A DNA stretch of 64,000 nt from positions 37,831-101,830 of IMG/VR virus record IMGVR_UViG_3300047121_000347. One strand, written 5' to 3'. A program made the position numbers and the translations under genes. Below are positions 1-6,196 of the stretch, piece after piece (the first letter of the stretch is position 1; each line of letters begins with the position of its first letter). The notes under the pieces were generated by a model. It did not search any database and was not told the origin of the DNA. It saw only the letters and a program-made list of their open reading frames with translations. Source of the DNA: a virus.

Positions 1-792
1 CTCGGTCGACCAACCCGTCATGGCCCCGATGATCAGCGCCGCCCGGTCGGCCGCCGCCACCGTGGGGCAGTAAACGGCAACGTGCCGGCGGCGCGACGCC
101 AACTCCCCAATCGACCGCGCCACGCTAATGAGCCACTCCTGAGTCTCGAGCGACGCCACCTCCGACTGAACGTAGTCGCTGTCGATTCGAACCCCACCCA
201 CGTCAAGCTGAACGGCGGTCTCAACCCCCACCAAGGGGCAAAGGTAGCCTTCCTTCACGGCGCGGGGCACGTTGTAAGAGTACGCCAAGCGGTCGAACCA
301 GAACTGCTCCCCTTCGCCGTGAATCACTCCGTTGTCCATGCGCCACGGGGTGGCGGTCATGGCGATGCGGCGGGCTTGCGGTTGCCCGCTTAAGACGCGC
401 TCATACTGCGTGGGTTTGCCGTGATTGTGCGGGACGCGATGCGCCTCGTCAATGATGATGAGCTCCGGCGGGGGCATGCGCCCCGTGGCGCTGATGACGG
501 TCTGAATGGTTCCGTAGATGACCGGCGCGTCGTAGTCGCGGCGCTTCAACCCGGTGCAAACCACGCCCGGCTCCGAGCCGGTGTGCCGAGCGTAAGTCGC
601 GGCATTTTGCCTGACGAGCTGCTGAACGTGCGTGAGTACCCACGTTCGACCGGGCAGCCGGCGGCGAGCCAGCTCCGCTATGATGAGGGACTTGCCGGTG
701 CCGGTGGCGAGCTGCAACGCCGGGTTGCCTCCCGCGTTGAGCGCGTCGAGCCCGGCCTCGACCGCCTCAAGCTGATAGGGTCTCAGGTTCAT
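1..792 (-). CDS. SF2 (DExH) helicase, 5' part, copy 1; runs off the window
   Basis: Manual translation from ATG at 792: MNLRPYQLEAVEAGLDALNAGGNPALQLATGTGKS. Collinear, with a constant offset of 58262, with 58263-59054. Confidence 0.9.
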   Translation of the reverse strand, partial: MNLRPYQLEAVEAGLDALNAGGNPALQLATGTGKSLIIAELARRRLPGRTWVLTHVQQLVRQNAATYARHTGSEPGVVCTGLKRRDYDAPVIYGTIQTVISATGRMPPPELIIIDEAHRVPHNHGKPTQYERVLSGQPQARRIAMTATPWRMDNGVIHGEGEQFWFDRLAYSYNVPRAVKEGYLCPLVGVETAVQLDVGGVRIDSDYVQSEVASLETQEWLISVARSIGELASRRRHVAVYCPTVAAADRAALIIGAMTGWSTE

Positions 793-833
793 ATCGTAAA
801 GTTATCGGTTATTGCGAGGTTGAACGATTTTTA

Positions 834-862
834 ATTATGCGCAAACCCCGCCAAGAAGGCAA
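834..862 (-). promoter_or_regulatory. sigma70-like promoter for the helicase (TTGCCT-17-CATAAT)
   Basis: Hexamers and spacing are conserved in copy 2 (59094-59122) while the spacer diverges. Confidence 0.65.
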
Positions 863-892
863 GCTATACCCAACCACCGTGCGGGGTCTTTT

Positions 893-1120
893 TCAATGGA
901 TTGCGCCGGGACCGTCGAACATACGCTGCCGCACCGCAGCGGCTATCGCCAGCGTGCCGTAGCCATCAGTACCCATGCGTTCAATCAGCCGGGCGCACTG
1001 CTCGTTCTCGGCCGCCGCAGCGGCAAACATCAACATGTTCACGTTAGCGCGGAGTGCTGCTAAGGTGCGTTTGATGTCCTCAAGATCCTGCAAGGCGCGT
1101 TCGTAGTCGGCGGTGTTCAT
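893..1120 (-). CDS. Early-cassette hypothetical protein
   Basis: Near-identical to 62566-62796 (MNTADYERAL...). Confidence 0.8.
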   Translation of the reverse strand: MNTADYERALQDLEDIKRTLAALRANVNMLMFAAAAAENEQCARLIERMGTDGYGTLAIAAAVRQRMFDGPGAIH

Positions 1121-1123
1121 CGC

Positions 1124-1333
1124 TCATCCTTTCGTTGGGTAAAAAGTTACGAAGTCGCTGGCGACGTGAATCGTGGCCGTGCAGCCGAGGTTGCGGCATA
1201 CCTGCTCGGCCCAGTCTTGAATCGCTCTCAAGGCTGGCACTTCGGGCGGGTACGCTTGCTCAAGCAACGCAAGACTAATGGTTGCGTCTTTGCCACACAG
1301 TACTTGGCTGGCGATCCAGGCTTCGTAGTTCAT
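1124..1333 (-). CDS. Early-cassette hypothetical protein, copy 1 only
   Basis: 69-aa ORF tightly packed in the operon. Confidence 0.7.
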   Translation of the reverse strand: MNYEAWIASQVLCGKDATISLALLEQAYPPEVPALRAIQDWAEQVCRNLGCTATIHVASDFVTFYPTKG

Positions 1334-1335
1334 GC

Positions 1336-1569
1336 CTACCCCCTTGCTCGAATCAACTCAAACAAATGCTTCAACAAAGATTCATCAGAATCGGACAGAT
1401 CGTCGCGCTCAGCATAATCAAACAGAACCTTTGCACACGCCTCACGCTCGGCAGCGGCAACAAGAGCGGCGAAGCGTTCAAGCTCATGCACCATCAGTAA
1501 ATGGGGTGTTTCAATGGCTTGCTTAATGTTAGCCTCCCGCGCCATGCGGATTATTTCATCTTGGGTCAT
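1336..1569 (-). CDS. Early-cassette modular hypothetical protein (MTQDEII..AREA / FAALVAAAEREACA modules)
   Basis: Start refined to ATG 1569. Shares modules with 62312-62569 and 1957-2226. Confidence 0.75.
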   Translation of the reverse strand: MTQDEIIRMAREANIKQAIETPHLLMVHELERFAALVAAAEREACAKVLFDYAERDDLSDSDESLLKHLFELIRARG

Positions 1570-1570
1570 T

Positions 1571-1708
1571 TCAATACCCCCATCGAATACGGAAGCACAC
1601 CAGATACAGGTGCAGTACAAATTCGCTGCCACTGCTCATGAACCCCACGGCGAAGCAGGGCCACTTGCGCGGCAAGAATTCAGTAGTTAGATGTAAACTT
1701 TTTCGCAT
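1571..1708 (-). CDS. 45-aa small protein not in the ORF track (MRKSLHLTTEFLPRKWPCFAVGF...)
   Basis: Manual translation; GAGGT RBS; near-identical copy at 62173-62310. Confidence 0.7.
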   Translation of the reverse strand: MRKSLHLTTEFLPRKWPCFAVGFMSSGSEFVLHLYLVCFRIRWGY

Positions 1709-1711
1709 ACA

Positions 1712-1954
1712 TTACCTCTGTGGGTTAAAGCCAAGCCGACGCATACCCAACTCAATGAGCATTGCGGCGTCCTCAAGGCGGTTCTGACTACTGCTCATGC
1801 CGGTCTGCCATTCGCCGCCTACGCGTTTGCCGACAATAGCCACCGTGACGACCTCCCCAGATTTGGCGTCTTCCAGCCACTGCTCCAACATTTCTATGGC
1901 ATCAGAGTTGTCAGGGGTTGTAGCCTTGATGAACGGTTTGATGTTGCCTGTCAT
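1712..1954 (-). CDS. Early-cassette hypothetical protein
   Basis: MTGNIKPF...; near-identical to 61927-62169; GGAG RBS. Confidence 0.8.
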   Translation of the reverse strand: MTGNIKPFIKATTPDNSDAIEMLEQWLEDAKSGEVVTVAIVGKRVGGEWQTGMSSSQNRLEDAAMLIELGMRRLGFNPQR

Positions 1955-1956
1955 GT

Positions 1957-2226
1957 TTAACTCCTTGCTCGTATAGCGCCTGCGCTGTAGTCGGGACGAA
2001 CCCACTTGCTTTTTGCCACGGCGATGCAGTCGTTCGAATCCAGCATGTAATCGCCTTCGGTGACGCAGTAATCGTCTTCCTCTTTGATCGCCTTGCAGAT
2101 GCGCTCACGCTCGGCGGCAGCAACAAGGGCGGCGAAGCGTTCAAATAATTCGAGGTTTGCGCCCGTGTATGAGACTGGGTTAAAACCAGCCTCTCGCGCC
2201 ATGCGGATGATGTCTTCTCTGTTCAT
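1957..2226 (-). CDS. Early-cassette modular hypothetical protein
   Basis: MNREDIIRMAREAG...FAALVAAAERE; ATGA overlap with the upstream gene. Confidence 0.7.
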   Translation of the reverse strand: MNREDIIRMAREAGFNPVSYTGANLELFERFAALVAAAERERICKAIKEEDDYCVTEGDYMLDSNDCIAVAKSKWVRPDYSAGAIRARS

Positions 2227-2402
2227 AGGTTTACATTCCAATAATGTAGTTTGGTCATTTCAAGTACACCGATCACGGTTGCAACGGTCATGTGGTCGTA
2301 CTTAGGAGAGTTAACCAAAGCTCTTATGTCGTTCATCAAATCAATCCCCATAGCTTTTTGATCGGACGATGGGATGACTGTTAACTTTTTTTCTCTATCC
2401 AT
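2223..2402 (-). CDS. 59-aa small protein not in the ORF track (MDREKKLTVIPSSDQK...)
   Basis: Manual translation; GGAG RBS lies inside the upstream gene end; fills the operon gap exactly. Confidence 0.7.
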   Translation of the reverse strand: MDREKKLTVIPSSDQKAMGIDLMNDIRALVNSPKYDHMTVATVIGVLEMTKLHYWNVNL

Positions 2403-2853
2403 GATTCTTCTCCTTTAGCTTGGCTTCGATGAGGTCACGTAGTTTCAACAGAGAATCGTCACAAACCTCTCCGTCTGCTGACCACCAGTGCATCGCCTCT
2501 GGGTCATCGTCGTTGTCGTAATCCTCATGAATATCAAATCCTGCTTTCCAAGCCGCGACCATGACCTCCTCATCTGTCAGCCCAACCCATTCAGCAGCCT
2601 TTGGTGGTGCGGTGTACAGGGGTGATCGACCTTCGCCAGCAGATTTGTAAATCGTGCCGCATCCGACCGAATCAAAATGCTCACGCACCTCATCAATCTT
2701 TACCCAGCCCTCTACTGCGTTCCAGTATTCAAACGGCTCTGTCTCCAGTGCTTGGCGTAGAGCTTTGACGGCTTCGTCAAACCTTTGAACGCTCATCCTG
2801 CTTTGATATAACTCCAGCGCCCCAAGCGCCAACTGCATAGCTTCTCTGCTCAT
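2395..2853 (-). CDS. Early-cassette modular hypothetical protein (MSREAMQ / YTAPPKAAEWVGLT / IEAKLKEKNHG)
   Basis: Modules shared with 60191-60610, 60607-60987 and 61309-61659. Confidence 0.8.
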   Translation of the reverse strand: MSREAMQLALGALELYQSRMSVQRFDEAVKALRQALETEPFEYWNAVEGWVKIDEVREHFDSVGCGTIYKSAGEGRSPLYTAPPKAAEWVGLTDEEVMVAAWKAGFDIHEDYDNDDDPEAMHWWSADGEVCDDSLLKLRDLIEAKLKEKNHG

Positions 2854-3065
2854 GTTTTCTCTCCTGTTGCTTTAGCGATAGCAGCACGGGCTTTTGCGGC
2901 CGACTGCTGCATGTGTTCTTCCATGTGCTCAACAGCATGAAAGCTAGTGACCATGCCCCAAAGCGCCTCTAGCAGGTCTTGGTTCACCGCATGCAGGCGG
3001 CGCAGTTCTTCATGCGCTCGGCGAAGTGCTTCAGCCAAGTGCATTTCTTCAGGTTGCGGGTTCAT
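2850..3065 (-). CDS. Early-cassette modular hypothetical protein (DLLEAL...ARAAIAKATGEK)
   Basis: Start refined to ATG 3065; C-terminus shared with 60980-61312. Confidence 0.7.
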   Translation of the reverse strand: MNPQPEEMHLAEALRRAHEELRRLHAVNQDLLEALWGMVTSFHAVEHMEEHMQQSAAKARAAIAKATGEKT

Positions 3066-3406
3066 GCGAGTTCCTCCGGAATGTGAACGGTGTCGCCGAG
3101 TTTCGACGCCACATAGCAGCGCATGGCTGAAATGAGGGGGGTGGGGCCGTACTGGGAATTGCAAATGCCGTTGCTGAACGGGTCACGCTGATAAGAGCGC
3201 CAGCCTTTGTTGATGGTGGGCTTGCAGAAAATCCCCTCGCGCTCAATAATCGGCCCGCCTTGTGCCCAGTCGGTTGAGTAGTGAAACTCAGCATCGCCAT
3301 CACCCTCCGCGTCGCGGTAGAACAGGCGGAACGCTTCTTCGTCCACTCCTTCGCACTTCGCGACCGCCCAGTCGAGGGCGGGGCCGGATAGTTCATTGGT
3401 TTTCAT
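3062..3406 (-). CDS. NinX/DUF2591-like phage protein
   Basis: LSGPALDWAVAKCEG, YSTDWAQGGPIIERE and GPTPLISAMRCYVASKLG motifs. Confidence 0.7.
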   Translation of the reverse strand: MKTNELSGPALDWAVAKCEGVDEEAFRLFYRDAEGDGDAEFHYSTDWAQGGPIIEREGIFCKPTINKGWRSYQRDPFSNGICNSQYGPTPLISAMRCYVASKLGDTVHIPEELA

Positions 3407-3657
3407 GCGCGGTCTCCTGCGTGTAGTTGCCAATCCTCAACGGGTTCGGGCTGCCGGGCATACCCCGCCGGGAGCATCTCCGCTTTTATGTGCTCGGGGA
3501 TGAGCGGCAACGGTGCCCAAGCCAACGCCCACGCACCCCAGGTTCCGATGACGCACACGCCCCCTCGGTTCAGGAGGAGCATTTTCACGCCCAGCGGCGG
3601 GGGTTCCTCGGCGGGCAGTCGCCACGTGGACTGACCCGCGACGTAGTTCTTCACCAT
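3403..3657 (-). CDS. Early-cassette hypothetical protein (DUF551-like W...PP...W.PLP pattern)
   Basis: Near-identical to 59940-60194. Confidence 0.75.
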   Translation of the reverse strand: MVKNYVAGQSTWRLPAEEPPPLGVKMLLLNRGGVCVIGTWGAWALAWAPLPLIPEHIKAEMLPAGYARQPEPVEDWQLHAGDRA

Positions 3658-3965
3658 CTTTGTTTCTCCTCTTTATACGTGAGTGCGGTCACCCGATCGC
3701 GCAGCTCGTCCAGCTGAGCGAGCAGCTCTTGTAGCTCCGTGGCGTGCACCATGACGTAGTCGTTGCGTTGCGCCAGCTCGCGCACCACCGCCAACGAGCC
3801 GTCGTCCGCAGTGGCGTCCAGGAACCCTTCGCAAAGGCACACGTAGCGTCCGGCGCTGTGACTGGCGTTGCGGTCAAAACCGTGCGGGTGTGCGGGGTCT
3901 TGTGAGCAGCTCAGCTCGTCATCGAGGCTGCCGGGGTCGCCGCGCATATTGCGTTTCTTTTGCAT
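3651..3965 (-). CDS. Early-cassette hypothetical protein (HPHGFDRNASH..GRYVCLCE, possibly metal-binding)
   Basis: Near-identical to 59632-59946; GGAGAACT RBS. Confidence 0.8.
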   Translation of the reverse strand: MQKKRNMRGDPGSLDDELSCSQDPAHPHGFDRNASHSAGRYVCLCEGFLDATADDGSLAVVRELAQRNDYVMVHATELQELLAQLDELRDRVTALTYKEEKQRW

Positions 3966-3981
3966 TTTCAGTTCTCCATAG

Positions 3982-4893
3982 TTATCGTAAATCTCTTTTA
4001 TCGTTCCAATCGCGTTGGCTATCGACGGGTATATCTTTCACGGCATCGTGTTGAGCTTGGATGATAGCGTCAGAACCAACGTTGATGAATATAGCACCGG
4101 GTGCTGCATACTGTTCGAAACTCTTCCAACACTTAGCATCATAGTTTACGGTGGAGTCGAACGGCGGGCGCAGCTCTTCGGCTACCGGTTTCAGGAACGG
4201 TAACGTAGATCCAATGATCTTTGCGTGGCCGATTTCGCCGGGTTGCATGTTTCGCGCAACCGCAATACCTTTGCATTTAGTGTTCGGCCAAGCGATCTGA
4301 AACGCTCGGATAGCGGTGCCCGTCGAAACGCTCATCCAAACTTCGGTCGGTTCGCCACCAATTTGCTCGCTGATCCGAGCAGCCAGCTTCACGAGTCCCG
4401 CAGTCACCAACGGCGCTTTCGACAACCCCGGTGGTAAATATTCAGCACCATGCTTTTCAGCCCAAGCCTTTGCCCAACCGTTCAGGTTCGGCATGCGGAC
4501 GATCTTAGCGAACCGTAGCTCAGCACCATGGTAAAGCAGAGCGCGTTGATGCACTGAGAGCTCTTTGGCTGCAGGGCAAAAGAAAACACACTTTTTACCA
4601 TACAGTTTGCCGAGCGTCGCAATCGCGTTGGGGGCCATGCCGGCCCGAGGTGCTACGTAAACGAGTTTGTCGCTCTGGGTTTGTGCGATGAGCTGCTCGG
4701 CTCCGTAACCCTTGAGGCTGATCTGGCTCAAGTCACCTCGAAAAACCCATCGATTGCCATGCGAGATAACGACTGGCGGAGTTAATTTAGATACGAATTT
4801 ACTGCTCATCGACAAATAATGTTCGCGTGCTCGGTGCACGTCCATTCCGGTCGGGATGTCGCGGTTAGTGCGGTCTTCGGTTACGGTGAACAT
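3982..4893 (-). CDS. PLP-dependent enzyme, fold type II (cysteine synthase / ACC deaminase-like)
   Basis: FRGDL...SLK (PLP lysine), SVSTGT phosphate loop, NYDAK; GAGGAG RBS favours ATG 4893. Confidence 0.7.
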   Translation of the reverse strand: MFTVTEDRTNRDIPTGMDVHRAREHYLSMSSKFVSKLTPPVVISHGNRWVFRGDLSQISLKGYGAEQLIAQTQSDKLVYVAPRAGMAPNAIATLGKLYGKKCVFFCPAAKELSVHQRALLYHGAELRFAKIVRMPNLNGWAKAWAEKHGAEYLPPGLSKAPLVTAGLVKLAARISEQIGGEPTEVWMSVSTGTAIRAFQIAWPNTKCKGIAVARNMQPGEIGHAKIIGSTLPFLKPVAEELRPPFDSTVNYDAKCWKSFEQYAAPGAIFINVGSDAIIQAQHDAVKDIPVDSQRDWNDKRDLR

Positions 4894-4898
4894 TAGAC

Positions 4899-5081
4899 TC
4901 AATGCTCCTCGGTGGCTTTGATTGACTCGACCTCGACGTCGTGGTCGTTGACGTTAGGGTAGTCGCTTTCGTAAAGCTCTTCGATGGCGAGCTCGGCAGC
5001 TGCTTCAGCGTTCTCGGCTTCGACTTGAATACGCACAAAACTAGTCAGGCGTAATTCGACTTCAAAGGTTTTCTTTTCCAT
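4899..5081 (-). CDS. Small acidic protein (V.VEAENAEAA.E.A motif)
   Basis: GGAGAACT RBS before ATG 5081; first gene of the cassette. Confidence 0.7.
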   Translation of the reverse strand: MEKKTFEVELRLTSFVRIQVEAENAEAAAELAIEELYESDYPNVNDHDVEVESIKATEEH

Positions 5082-5131
5082 GTTTAGTTCTCCAATTAAG
5101 TTATTGAGTTGTTTCATTTACCACTGACCGA

Positions 5132-5160
5132 ACTATAGTGCACTTTTTTGCTGCTGAAAA
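5132..5160 (-). promoter_or_regulatory. Putative early promoter (TTTTCA-17-TATAGT)
   Basis: AT-rich region upstream of the first cassette gene. Confidence 0.45.
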
Positions 5161-5232
5161 GAAAATCATTCAAGCAGCCGCTGAGCGGTTCAATGAGGTA
5201 GTTGAACGGCATTGAATTAGCCTTAACAAGCC

Positions 5233-5675
5233 ATCGTTTGGGCGATCGTTCGGGGTGATCGTTCGACCAAACGATCGACCAAACGATCGGTTTCAGAGCG
5301 GCTAAAACGTTCGACGGTCAGTGGTTGCCATTAGGGGTGTAGCATGTTGCCGTTAGGGACTTAAAAAAGACCGTTCGAGGAACCTTAAAAGTGATCGTTC
5401 GTTTGGTTTGATCGTTCTTAAAGAAACCGACCGAACGAACGATCGATTTTGGGGTTCTTGAGGGAGAGCTGAGCGGTCGTATTTGGGGTGTGAACGGTAG
5501 GGGTTGAATCTGTGCGTAAACGCTCCCTTGTCGCTCTGATCGGCTGCGGTGTGGGGAGGCCAAAGGCACTCCCCCACACTCCGCCCAATCCGAGCTCCTG
5601 AGCTTGCGTTGGCTGCGATCGTTCGGTCGGCTAATCGTTCGAACGATCGACCAAACGATCAAAACCGAACGATCG
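5233..5675. repeat. Non-coding cluster of GATCGTTCG/CGAACGATC repeats with a central imperfect hairpin (5533-5595); candidate origin or pac region, copy 1
   Basis: More than a dozen (G)ATCGTT/AACGAT(C) cores in both orientations; GTGTGGGG..CCCCACAC stem. Confidence 0.8.
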
Positions 5676-5684
5676 AAAATATGG

Positions 5685-5713
5685 TTGCCGACTGCGAAAA
5701 ACGTGGGTATAAT
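5685..5713 (+). promoter_or_regulatory. sigma70 promoter for the terminase/structural arm (TTGCCG-17-TATAAT)
   Basis: Near-consensus; ATG 5723 lies 9 nt after the -10 box. Confidence 0.7.
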
Positions 5714-5722
5714 CCGGCGAAT

Positions 5723-6196
5723 ATGAAAGTAGAAAAACCCTTGCAAGAAAAAGCTCCGGGCGAAAAGCGCCGCTCTGGAGGTGCGCAGCCCGGTGCGGGC
5801 CGACCGGCGTTTGTGCCCACGAAGACCGAGCGGGAGCTGGTCGCGACGCTCTCGGGGTATGGGTTGCCGCAGGATCAGATTGCGATTTTGGTCCGCGAGG
5901 GCATCGACCTCAGCACCCTGCGTAAGCACTTTGAGCGGGAGCTGCTGCTCGGCAAGGCGCACGCCAACAGCAAAGTCGGCAAGACGCTTTTTACCAAAGC
6001 CGTCGAGGGCGACACGGCCTCGGCCATATGGTGGTCGAAGACGCAGCTGCGTTGGGCCGAAACGCATCGCATCCAGCACGCCGGAGCGGACGATGGGCCG
6101 CTGCGGGTTGAGGTAAACGTATTTGACGAGATTCTGAAAAACATCGAGCTCAAACGGCGCACGTCCGATGAGGGCGGCGGTAGTGGGCGCGGCTGA
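5723..6196 (+). CDS. terS: Terminase small subunit, copy 1 (HTH type)
   Basis: GRP..PT, G...DQIA, TLRKHF..EL..G, GDTASAIWW.K motifs; overlaps TerL. The 5549 start lies inside the repeat region and is unlikely. Confidence 0.75.
   Translation: MKVEKPLQEKAPGEKRRSGGAQPGAGRPAFVPTKTERELVATLSGYGLPQDQIAILVREGIDLSTLRKHFERELLLGKAHANSKVGKTLFTKAVEGDTASAIWWSKTQLRWAETHRIQHAGADDGPLRVEVNVFDEILKNIELKRRTSDEGGGSGRG

Noticed and set aside
3982-4893. Auxiliary metabolic cysteine synthase
   Set aside because: Lacks the CysK SVKDR and TSGNTG signatures; the family-level fold match alone does not support sulfur metabolism.
5233-5675. CRISPR array or long ORFs (5318-6079 minus; 5549 start) over the repeat region
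   Set aside because: Repeats are about 9 bp, in both orientations, irregularly spaced and without unique spacers. The ORFs read as repeat-derived R/S-rich junk, and a promoter sits at 5685-5713.
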